DNA of 64,000 nucleotides from Thermoplasmata archaeon. GTDB lineage: Archaea; Thermoplasmatota; Thermoplasmata; Lutacidiplasmatales; UBA184. Every line of letters starts with the position of its first letter. The stretch's first letter is position 1. Both the position numbers and the translations under genes were made by a program. The notes beneath the pieces are model-generated. The model was given only the letters and a program-made list of their open reading frames with translations, made no database searches and was not told where the DNA came from. The stretch spans positions 785-64,784 of the forward strand of contig JAKIVX010000008.1 of assembly GCA_022750335.1 (NCBI GenBank), given 5' to 3'. Of the stretch, positions 19,244 to 27,472 are shown piece after piece.

Positions 19244-19257
19244 TTCGAAGGTATCCT

Positions 19258-19263
19258 ATAAAT
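19258..19263 (-). promoter_or_regulatory. TATA box (TTTATA on the minus strand)
   Basis: An AT island (ctataaataactta on the plus strand). Its centre is about 26 nt upstream of ATG 19234, which fits a leaderless transcript. Confidence 0.4.
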
Positions 19264-19417
19264 AACTTAGGAAAAGAGCGGGTTTGGGGATATACTCCTT
19301 CCCCCCCGTCCGACGCCCCTTCGCCCACGAGAGAGGGGTCCTCGGGCAGATTTTACCTTCGGTCGCGTACCCGCTCGCGGGAAGGGTGGATTGGAGGGGT
19401 TTCGGGCCCGTCCGGCT

Positions 19418-20059
19418 CTATCCGGTCCCCTCGCGACGGCCCCGCCCGACCCGCTGGAGCAGGCGGACGGCGGGACGCCACTCGGTCTCCTCGATTCGCT
19501 TCTCCCGCTCCGAAAGGTCGTCGATCCCCGCCGGGAACGGGTAGAGGGCGTTCGTGACGTACACGGCGGCGAAGGGTCCGCTGGACGGTCCCGAGTACTC
19601 CTTCCCCTCGTCCGCCACCGACCGGAACTCGTAGAAGTCCGGGGCGGGCGCGAACCAGACGAGCCCGTCCCCCGTCCCTCGACCAGCCCTCGGTCCCCGC
19701 TGGAGGATCCGCAGTCCCAGGTACTCGGTCAGGGCATTGGGAAGGGTGAAGATCCTCCGATCCCCCGGCCGGGCGGAGGCGATGAGGCGGCCCCGCACGG
19801 TCTCGACGGCGAGCGCCTCGCGGGCCCGGCCGGTCGCGACCACGCGGGCGACCTGGGGCCCGCGGGCCAGAAAGGAGATCGTCCGGCTGGTATCCCGCTC
19901 GGCGCCGTCCTCGGGCCGGTAGCCGATCAGTTCGGAGACGTCCTTCGGCAGCTGGAGCGTCAGCCAGGTCGGGTGGGATGCCCAAACGACAACGAACTCC
20001 ATGGGGGAGTGGCTTGGGTACGGGGCTCGATTAGAAAACTGTTCGCCCGGGCGGCTCAC
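19418..20059 (-). CDS. Hypothetical protein with two AbrB/SpoVT-like swapped-hairpin motifs
   Basis: GTG 20059 overlaps the HAD gene stop (GTGA). The segments WLTLQLPKDVSELIGYRPEDG and RIFTLPNALTEYLGLRI resemble the AbrB-type 'vtiPkeireklgl' motif. Confidence 0.55.
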   Translation of the reverse strand: MSRPGEQFSNRAPYPSHSPMEFVVVWASHPTWLTLQLPKDVSELIGYRPEDGAERDTSRTISFLARGPQVARVVATGRAREALAVETVRGRLIASARPGDRRIFTLPNALTEYLGLRILQRGPRAGRGTGDGLVWFAPAPDFYEFRSVADEGKEYSGPSSGPFAAVYVTNALYPFPAGIDDLSEREKRIEETEWRPAVRLLQRVGRGRREGTG

Positions 20060-20712
20060 CGTTCAGGTCGGGAGGGAAGGCACAGGAGGGCGGTCACGAC
20101 TTCCCCGAAGTCGGTGGTATCGATCGCGAGGTCGGCGGCCGCCCGCACCGCCGGAGACCTCGCGTTGAGGGCGACGCCGGCGCCGACGAGCGGGAAGATC
20201 GCCGCATCGGGCCCCGAGTCGCCCACGTGCACGACGAATCTCGGGTCGATCCCGCTCCGCGCGACCAGGGCCGCCAGGCCCCCTGGTTTGTCGGCGCCGA
20301 TACCGGCCGAAGGACCGATCCGGGGGTCCGTCGCTTGGGATCCCCGGATCCCGGCCGCGTCGTCGAACCCGGCGAAGGCGCGGTACCAGTCCGTGACGTA
20401 CGGAGGGTTGTGGGTCAGGAGGGCGACCCTCATCCCCCCCCCATGAAGGCGGCGGACCCCCTCCGGGATCCCGGACAGACGGGGGGTGGCCTCCACGGCC
20501 GCCAGGACCTCGGGGACGGTGTGACCCTCGGCGATCGAAACGAGCCCAGCGATCGTCTCGTCCTCCCCGGCTTCATGGGCGCGGACCCGGGCCATCGTTC
20601 GCTCGTAGAACTCGACCCGTCCGAATCTCTCGGCGATGACCCGCCAACCGTGGACCCGCGTGAGGGTCCCGTCGATGTCGACGGTGACCATGCGCCACGG
20701 ACCTCGGGCCAT
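20056..20712 (-). CDS. HAD-IB family phosphatase (phosphoserine phosphatase-like)
   Basis: Motif I VTVDIDGTLT and motif IV HVGDSGPDAAIF; 218 aa. Confidence 0.8.
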   Translation of the reverse strand: MARGPWRMVTVDIDGTLTRVHGWRVIAERFGRVEFYERTMARVRAHEAGEDETIAGLVSIAEGHTVPEVLAAVEATPRLSGIPEGVRRLHGGGMRVALLTHNPPYVTDWYRAFAGFDDAAGIRGSQATDPRIGPSAGIGADKPGGLAALVARSGIDPRFVVHVGDSGPDAAIFPLVGAGVALNARSPAVRAAADLAIDTTDFGEVVTALLCLPSRPER

Positions 20713-20719
20713 CGCTCCC

Positions 20720-20944
20720 CTAGGATCGGCTGCCGACGCCCATCCAGATGCCCCCCACCCAGAGGAGGAGCATGCCGGCCGCGGCGACGGGGAGGATGGT
20801 CGAGAACCGTCCGGGCGCCGTCGGCAGGAGGATGGAAAGGAGGAACAAGCCCACGAACGTCAGGAGGAGCCCGAGCCCGATCTTCTGGTTCTTCGTGAGG
20901 GGGGCGCGACGCGTCCGGGTCGGGGGCGGGGAAGCGGCGACCAT
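20720..20944 (-). CDS. Small membrane protein (2 TM)
   Basis: 74 aa with two hydrophobic helices, sitting between the antiporter and the HAD gene on the same strand. Confidence 0.5.
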   Translation of the reverse strand: MVAASPPPTRTRRAPLTKNQKIGLGLLLTFVGLFLLSILLPTAPGRFSTILPVAAAGMLLLWVGGIWMGVGSRS

Positions 20945-20986
20945 CGGGCCGGTCGAGGGGGGCCGGAAGATAACGTGCCCGGCGAC

Positions 20987-22318
20987 CTAGAGGATCGGGC
21001 GCTCTTCGTCCGGTAGGAGCGAGCGCGGGGGAAGTCCGGAGCCGATCGGGGGCTGCCGGGTGGCCTCCTCCGCCGCGCGCCGCTCGAGCGTGACGCTCCG
21101 GATGAACGGCCGCGCCCCGATGGGCGAGAGGCAGGTCGTGACCAGCCCGACCCCTGCGACGATCGTGAAGGTGGTCACGTTGAAGATCCCGATTCCGAGC
21201 AGGATGGTCGCCATCGCGAGCTCGACCGCTCCCCGGCTCGTGAGCAGCCAGCCCGCCGCGAGCGATTCATGGCGGGACCAGCGGAGCGTCCGGCTGACGG
21301 CCGCGCCCATCCCGATCTTCGACATGAGGGCGAACAGGCAGAGCGCGGCGAACAGGACGATCGCGAGCGGCGTCGAGAAGAGGTCGCGGAAGTCGGTGTC
21401 GAACCCCACCAGGGCGAAGAAGAGGGGGATGAAGAATCCCCAGGTGACCGCCTCGAACAGGAGGCTGACCGACCGGTGCTCGCGCTGGCCGGCACTCTCG
21501 GGCGTCACCAGGAGCCCGGCGTAGAACGCCCCCACGACGAACGTGAGGCCCAGGTATTGGGAGTAGAGGGCGGAGCCGAGGCCGATGATGATGAGGATAC
21601 CGAACCCGGCTTCGCGCGAACGCCAGGTCTCCCGGAACTTGGCCACGACCCGGTCCCACAGGCGGACCTGGCGGAGGGCCCGAAGGGCCATGTGGATCGT
21701 CAGGATCGACGTCAGGAACAACCCGACCGTGGCGATCGAGACCGCCACCGAGTCGAATACGCCGGCGGTGCTGGTGGTGACGCTGAGGAGGATGGCGAAC
21801 GCCGTCACAGCCGTGAGTTCGTTGATGACCGAAGCGTTGAGGAGGAACGTCCCAAATCGGGTCTTCATCAGCCCGAACTCGCGGAGCATGATCGCGAGCA
21901 CCGGGAGCGCGGTGATCGAGATCGTCAGGGCCACGAACAACGAGGTCGTGGTGCCCAGGTTCGGGTAGAGGAGATAGATGAGCGCCGCGCCGCTGAGGAA
22001 AGGGACCAGGAAGATCGAGATCCCGAGCAGGACCGCCGAGAGGCCGGTGTCCCAGATCTGTTCCGGGCTCACTGAGAGGCCCGCCATCAGGAGGATGAAG
22101 AAGGTCGCGACCGTCTGGAGGCCGGCAAACGAGGTCGTCGTGGCCGCGCTCGTGATGCCGAGGAACGGTCCCAGAAGGGTCGGACCCAGGACGACCCCGA
22201 CCAGCAGCTGGCCGACGAGGGCCACCTGCCCGAGCCGGATGAAGATCTCCCCGACGATGATCGCGAGCGCGACGAGGAGGAAGAGGGCGATCAGGAACTC
22301 GGTCGTCGCCTGGACCAT
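20987..22318 (-). CDS. Cation:proton antiporter (CPA2 / Kef-NapA type)
   Basis: 443 aa, polytopic. The N-terminus ...IVGEIFIRLGQVALVGQLLVGVVLGPTLLG is typical of the Na+/H+ exchanger family. Confidence 0.85.
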   Translation of the reverse strand: MVQATTEFLIALFLLVALAIIVGEIFIRLGQVALVGQLLVGVVLGPTLLGPFLGITSAATTTSFAGLQTVATFFILLMAGLSVSPEQIWDTGLSAVLLGISIFLVPFLSGAALIYLLYPNLGTTTSLFVALTISITALPVLAIMLREFGLMKTRFGTFLLNASVINELTAVTAFAILLSVTTSTAGVFDSVAVSIATVGLFLTSILTIHMALRALRQVRLWDRVVAKFRETWRSREAGFGILIIIGLGSALYSQYLGLTFVVGAFYAGLLVTPESAGQREHRSVSLLFEAVTWGFFIPLFFALVGFDTDFRDLFSTPLAIVLFAALCLFALMSKIGMGAAVSRTLRWSRHESLAAGWLLTSRGAVELAMATILLGIGIFNVTTFTIVAGVGLVTTCLSPIGARPFIRSVTLERRAAEEATRQPPIGSGLPPRSLLPDEERPIL

Positions 22319-22365
22319 CGCCTATCCTTTCAACCCGCGGTATATAGGAGGGGGTCCAAAGAGGA

Positions 22366-22905
22366 ATGACGGAGCCGACGCGTCCCCCAACACCCCCGGC
22401 CGGGGCGAACGATGACCCCTGGGCCGTGGCCGAGCGACGGAGCCGGGCGGTCGAGGAGCCGCTGGACGTCCTCCTCCTGACCCGAAACCCGTTCCCGCTC
22501 CTCGAAGTACGCAACCCCCTTCACCGGACCGACTATCGGGTGATGCTCCCTGCCTTTCCCGACCGGGCGGTCGCCCTCTGCACGTGCTCGGACTTCGCCC
22601 GTCGGGGCCTCGGCACTTGCAAACACATCGAGGCCGCGGCCCGCTGGCTCGAACGTCACCCAGCCGCCCCCGCGGCCGGCCCGGGACCCGAGACGGACCC
22701 AGAGGCGGTGTGGGCCGAGATCGACCGGCGCTCCGACACGCCTCCGCGCACCCCCCTACCGGACAGTCTTGCGTGGCGTCGTGGCGGCGCCACCCTCTAC
22801 GAGCGGGCGGGGAGCCCGTACCTACCGAAAAAAGGGAAGAACGAAGAGGTTGGGCGGGGCGGAAAGGGACGGTCTAAGCCGAGCCCATCCCGGGGGCGCC
22901 CTTGA
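22366..22905 (+). CDS. SWIM zinc-finger protein
   Basis: CxCx(n)CxH motif: CTCSDFARRGLGTCKH. 179 aa with a basic, disordered C-terminus. Its 3' end overlaps the convergent radical SAM gene by 32 nt. Confidence 0.65.
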   Translation: MTEPTRPPTPPAGANDDPWAVAERRSRAVEEPLDVLLLTRNPFPLLEVRNPLHRTDYRVMLPAFPDRAVALCTCSDFARRGLGTCKHIEAAARWLERHPAAPAAGPGPETDPEAVWAEIDRRSDTPPRTPLPDSLAWRRGGATLYERAGSPYLPKKGKNEEVGRGGKGRSKPSPSRGRP

Positions 22906-24586
22906 GCGCCCGCACGCGGTAGTACTCCGGGTCCACGACGACTTCCCCGTTGATCCCCATCGTCTCGATGGTCTTCAACTGGGCGCCGCCTTGGGACTTC
23001 GCCCTCTGCCAGTCGGGGATGGGGATCGAGAACTTCTTCTCGACTTCCGTCCGGTAGATCGGGCCTGAGTTGTACGAGCAGAACGGGATGATCCGCCCGT
23101 CCGGCACCGCATAGTGGATGTCGCAGCGCATCAGACGCTGGATATCGTAGTCGTACGCGTCCTGGAAGTGCATGTTACCGATGTAGAGCGTCCTCCAGGT
23201 GAACTTCGCGACGGCTTCCTTGTTCCCCTCGGTGAAGATCGAGGCGATGACCTTCACGCAGTTCTTCTCGGACAGGCCTTCCGGCGCCCGCGAGAAGTCG
23301 AAGTATTTCGAGACATCGTGGAGGAGGCGCGCTCCGGCCACGGCCGTCCGCACCCGCGCAAAGCGGGAATCGCGGTACTTCTCGATCATCGACTCGACGT
23401 TCTCGAAGAACCCGTCCACGTCCATGAACCTCGGGAGCGGGGTGATCTTCTGTCCGTCCTTCGAGATGAAGGCGAACGTGGCGCATCCGCAGCCGGGGTG
23501 GGTCGTGAGCGTCATCTTCTCTTCGCCGTGGATGATGCTGACGAGCTCCGAGATCGGGGCGACCGACGGCACGGGGAAGAAGTCCGACTTTTCGAACGGC
23601 CCCTCCGTGCAGAGGATGCGCACCAGGTCCGACTGGGTGAACCGCATCTGGAAGCGGTCCTTGTCGGGGATACGGGCGGTCAGGGCGACCGGCTGGAAGT
23701 TGACGCCGCGCACGACGTCGATGTTGTCGATCGCGAACTTGACCGTCGGCCAGATCTCCTTCTCATTGAACCCGCCGACCAGCGTCGGGACGAGTACGAC
23801 CGAGAGGGGTTTGTCCGGCTTACCCGCGGCGAGGTCCGAAGCCGGGGAGTGGGTCTCCCGCGCGGCCTGGATGGCCTTCTGCTTGACCTTCAGGAGCGGG
23901 ACCCCCCGCACCTTCCGGTAGATCTCATCGTCCAGACCGTCGAACTGGAGGTAGAGGGTGTGCAGGCCCGCGTCGCGCGACGCCTGGGCGAATCCGGGCT
24001 CGTTCGCGACCCGAATACCGTTCGTCGCGACCTGGATCTGCTTGAACCCGAGCTCCCGGGCCATTCCGACCGCGTCCAAGAACAGCGGGGAGAGCGTCGG
24101 CTCTCCGCCCGAGAACTGGACCGCGACCGTTCCCACCGGCTTCTGCTCCCGGAGGGTCTTCAGCATGAAGTGGATCTGCTCGCGGGTCGGTTCAAAGACG
24201 TAGCCGGCCGCGTTGGCGTTCGCGAAGCAGACCGGGCACTTCAGGTTGCACCGGTTCGTAAGGTCGATCAGGGCGAGTCCCGTGTGGGACTTGTGGTGGC
24301 TGCACATTCCACAGGTGGTCGGGCAGCCGCGGAACTTGTCGTAGTAGGGGTTCTCGTAGCCGACCCCGTCATGAGCGTAGACCTCCATCCGGAGATAGAA
24401 ATCGACGTCGTTCGAGATGATATCCCAGAAATACCCGTGCGTTCGGCAGGTCTTCTCCATGATGACCCGGCCGTCTTTCTCGCGGACGACCGCGGGGATC
24501 ACCTTGATGCATTCGGGGCAAACCGAGGCCGTCTTACGGGGAAGCCCTCGCGGGGCCTGGAACTCCTTCATCACGCGTGCCGGCAT
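22874..24586 (-). CDS. tes: Radical SAM enzyme, tetraether lipid synthase (Tes / GDGT-MAS)-like
   Basis: 570 aa with the radical SAM cluster motif CNLKCPVCF. The N-terminal CPECIKVIPAVVREKDGRVIMEKTCRTHGYF resembles the MJ0619-type enzymes as I recall them. The radical SAM call is firm; the Tes call is moderate. Confidence 0.8.
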   Translation of the reverse strand: MPARVMKEFQAPRGLPRKTASVCPECIKVIPAVVREKDGRVIMEKTCRTHGYFWDIISNDVDFYLRMEVYAHDGVGYENPYYDKFRGCPTTCGMCSHHKSHTGLALIDLTNRCNLKCPVCFANANAAGYVFEPTREQIHFMLKTLREQKPVGTVAVQFSGGEPTLSPLFLDAVGMARELGFKQIQVATNGIRVANEPGFAQASRDAGLHTLYLQFDGLDDEIYRKVRGVPLLKVKQKAIQAARETHSPASDLAAGKPDKPLSVVLVPTLVGGFNEKEIWPTVKFAIDNIDVVRGVNFQPVALTARIPDKDRFQMRFTQSDLVRILCTEGPFEKSDFFPVPSVAPISELVSIIHGEEKMTLTTHPGCGCATFAFISKDGQKITPLPRFMDVDGFFENVESMIEKYRDSRFARVRTAVAGARLLHDVSKYFDFSRAPEGLSEKNCVKVIASIFTEGNKEAVAKFTWRTLYIGNMHFQDAYDYDIQRLMRCDIHYAVPDGRIIPFCSYNSGPIYRTEVEKKFSIPIPDWQRAKSQGGAQLKTIETMGINGEVVVDPEYYRVRALKGAPGMGSA

Positions 24587-24849
24587 TCTTCTACCTCATT
24601 TCGACCGACCGCAACGGGTCCAGTCTTAGACCGCCCACCCACTCAGGCTTACTTAATTCAATTGTCGTGAGAGGTGCGACAAATCTAGCGCCCCGTGACG
24701 GAGATTCGCACGGTGGCTATCGCTACAATCTCCCCGAGGGAGCCCCTTTTCTGAGGGATTGGGAGGCGGTCGTCCCAGAAGCCATCGGGCGGTCTTCCGA
24801 CTCGCCCAACCACCAACTTATGCTTCGGGCGGCCTGACCGGGGGCGTCC

Positions 24850-25392
24850 ATGGCTCGAACGAAGAGAACCCCCCCACGATCGACCCGCCGCACCAAGCCC
24901 GCCTCCCAGAAAGGATTCGTGGGGCGGGATGCCTCTCCGGTGCTCGAGAAGTATCCCCCCAAGGACCCGAAGCTCGCTCCCCGCGGTCCTCCGGGTGGCT
25001 CGAACGCCGTCGCGACGACCTCCGCGCACGCCGCACCGGCCCCGCCGTCCTCGACTGGCGCGACCCCCCCCGGGGGGAGCGCGATGCCCCTCATCACCCT
25101 CGAGCGGCCGTTCGATGTCGACGAGTTCTCCGGGCTCCTCGGGGAGACCTCGATCCGGGTCACCGTGCCGCTCGAACATCTAGCCGAGGTGTTCCGACGG
25201 GTCACCGAATTCATGGGATTCGGCATCTATGTGTATTCAGTACACGTGCGACCCGCGGCCTCCGAGTTCCTGAAGTCGTTCGTGGTCGAGCTCCAGCGGG
25301 TCGATTACGCCCCAGCGGAGAAGAACTGGGTACCGTTCGTCGAGAAGGGGACCTCGGACTCACCGTTCGGCCCGACGGGCACCCGGACCTAG
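24850..25392 (+). CDS. Hypothetical protein with a basic disordered N-terminus (histone-H3-tail-like first 20 aa) and an unknown C-terminal domain
   Basis: 180 aa with GC3-rich codons throughout. CTTATG at 24817-24822 is spaced as a TATA box for a near-leaderless start at ATG 24850. M79 (25084) is an alternative start. Confidence 0.55.
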   Translation: MARTKRTPPRSTRRTKPASQKGFVGRDASPVLEKYPPKDPKLAPRGPPGGSNAVATTSAHAAPAPPSSTGATPPGGSAMPLITLERPFDVDEFSGLLGETSIRVTVPLEHLAEVFRRVTEFMGFGIYVYSVHVRPAASEFLKSFVVELQRVDYAPAEKNWVPFVEKGTSDSPFGPTGTRT

Positions 25393-25420
25393 GGCGACAA
25401 CACCCCGTCGAAGTTAATCC

Positions 25421-25666
25421 GTGGCGGAGCGTACCGCCCCCGAGGACGATTACGTGACCGCAGGATCCGGCGAGGACCATTGGGAGGCAGAGTTGCGGAT
25501 GCTCCGGCAGGAGATCCAGGAGCTCCGGGCGGAACAGAAGGAGATGGCGGTCGCGATCAACCAGCTCGTGACGACGTTCCGGTCCCTCGCCACCCATCTG
25601 GGGATCGCGAGCGAACCCTACGCCCGCAAGGGTAGCCCCGACCGCGACCTGCGCGGATTCGCCTAA
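25421..25666 (+). CDS. Small coiled-coil protein, function unknown
   Basis: 81 aa with a GTG start and a heptad-like EAELRMLRQEIQELRAEQKEMAVAINQL. It lies between the upstream hypothetical gene and the M61 peptidase (gaps of 28 and 12 nt). Confidence 0.5.
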   Translation: MAERTAPEDDYVTAGSGEDHWEAELRMLRQEIQELRAEQKEMAVAINQLVTTFRSLATHLGIASEPYARKGSPDRDLRGFA

Positions 25667-25678
25667 CGTCGGCCTACC

Positions 25679-27463
25679 GTGCGGATCCACTATCGCGTCG
25701 ATGCCGATGTCTCCGAGGGGCACCGCGGTCGGTTCACCTTGGAACTGGACGGGGTCGAGTCGCCCACCCTGGACCTGGTCCTGCCCGCATGGGTTCCCGG
25801 CTCCTACCACCTCGTGAACTACGTCCGGGGTTTCCGGGACATGACCGCTCGAACGACCGTGGGCGGGACCCCCCTCCTCGTTCGACGGATCAGTTCCGAG
25901 CGCTGGCGCTTGGCGACCACGGGAGTGGCTCGGGTTACAGTGCAGTACACGGTGTACGGCAATCAGATGGTCACCGAGGCGTTCGACCTCAACCAGGACC
26001 ACCTGTTCCTGAACGCAGCCTTGGCCCTGCCGTTCGTCGAGGGCCACCTGCAGGACCCGGTCGAGGTCGAGCTCCACCTTCCCTCGGATTGGAGGGTCGT
26101 CACGGAGCTCGAGGAGGTCACCGCCCGCCCGCCGACCTTCCGCGCAGCGAACTACGACGAGCTCGTCGACAGTCCGATCGACGCCGGACACCCCCTCGTC
26201 CTTACGATCCGGCCGCAGGGGATCCCACACCGGATCTCGATCTGTGGGGAGGGCGGAAACTACGAGGCCCACCGACTCGAGGAGGACTTCGCCAAGATCG
26301 TCGACGCATCGATCCGCCTGGTCGGGGAATCGCCCCTTACCAGCTACACGTTCTTCGTCCACCTCAGCGACGTCCCGGACGGGGGGCTCGAGCACGCCTC
26401 GTCCAACTCGGCGGTCGTCTTGCGGAACAACTTCCAGCCGCTCGAACGGTACCAACGCCTCCTGGCGCTCCAGAGCCACGAGTACTTCCACCTGTGGAAC
26501 GTGAAACGGATCCGACCGAAGAGTCTGGGACCGTTCGATTACACGCACGAGGTCAACACCGGCCTTCTCTGGTGGATGGAGGGGACGACCGACTACTTCT
26601 CGGACCTGATCCTGCGCCGCGCCGGCCTCTTCTCTCCTAGCAAGTACCTGGAAGAGGCTGCCAAGATCGCGAAGGGGGTCCTCTCCGCACCCGGGCGCCA
26701 CTCCCTCTCGCTCGAGGAGCTCTCCCGCATCGCCTGGGTCGACCTGTACCAACCGTTCGAGGAGACGCCCAATCAATCGATCTCCTACTACGACAAGGGG
26801 TACCTCGTCTCGCTCTGCCTCGACCTAGAGATTCGATCCCGCACGGGAACCGCCGCTTCGCTCGAGACGGTACTGCAGCTCCTGTGGACCGAGTACGGGA
26901 GGGCGGGACGGGGCCTCGAAGAGGACGAGCTCCAGGCGGTGGCCGAGCGGGCCACCGGTATCGACCTCGGGGAGTTCTTCGACCGGTACGTCCGGGGGAC
27001 CACCGAGGTCGACGTCGACCGGTTCGCGAGGATGGCCGGACTCACCTTCGGCCCCCGCCCGAAGCCGGCGGACGACGACTCCCCCGAACCAGGGTATCTG
27101 GGGGTGCGGTTCGAGGACGCCGGCGGGTTCGTCCGCCTCACCCACGTGCTTCTGGACACCCCCGGCCACCGCGGTGGCCTCAGCCCCCGGGACGAGATCA
27201 TCGCGCTCAACGGCAACAAGGTCGGGTTCTCGAAGTTCGAGAAGGAGCTCGAGGCCTATCCGCCCGGAACTCCGGTCGACGTCGCGGTCTTCCGCCGAGG
27301 ATTCCTCCGCCACCTCGCCCTCACCACGGGCAAGGGCCCCCCGCAAAAGTACCGCTTCGCGACCGTCGAGCCGGCGTCGGACATGGCGAGGAGGGTCCAC
27401 GAGCACTGGCTCGGAGTCCCGTGGGACGCCCCGAAACCGGAGACCGAGCGCCCGAAGGCCTAG
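25679..27463 (+). CDS. M61 family glycyl aminopeptidase with C-terminal PDZ-like domain
   Basis: HEYFHLWN (HExxH), N-terminal LPAWVPGSY, and C-terminal GLSPRDEIIALNGNKV. Confidence 0.85.
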   Translation: MRIHYRVDADVSEGHRGRFTLELDGVESPTLDLVLPAWVPGSYHLVNYVRGFRDMTARTTVGGTPLLVRRISSERWRLATTGVARVTVQYTVYGNQMVTEAFDLNQDHLFLNAALALPFVEGHLQDPVEVELHLPSDWRVVTELEEVTARPPTFRAANYDELVDSPIDAGHPLVLTIRPQGIPHRISICGEGGNYEAHRLEEDFAKIVDASIRLVGESPLTSYTFFVHLSDVPDGGLEHASSNSAVVLRNNFQPLERYQRLLALQSHEYFHLWNVKRIRPKSLGPFDYTHEVNTGLLWWMEGTTDYFSDLILRRAGLFSPSKYLEEAAKIAKGVLSAPGRHSLSLEELSRIAWVDLYQPFEETPNQSISYYDKGYLVSLCLDLEIRSRTGTAASLETVLQLLWTEYGRAGRGLEEDELQAVAERATGIDLGEFFDRYVRGTTEVDVDRFARMAGLTFGPRPKPADDDSPEPGYLGVRFEDAGGFVRLTHVLLDTPGHRGGLSPRDEIIALNGNKVGFSKFEKELEAYPPGTPVDVAVFRRGFLRHLALTTGKGPPQKYRFATVEPASDMARRVHEHWLGVPWDAPKPETERPKA

Positions 27464-27472
27464 CGCGGGCTC

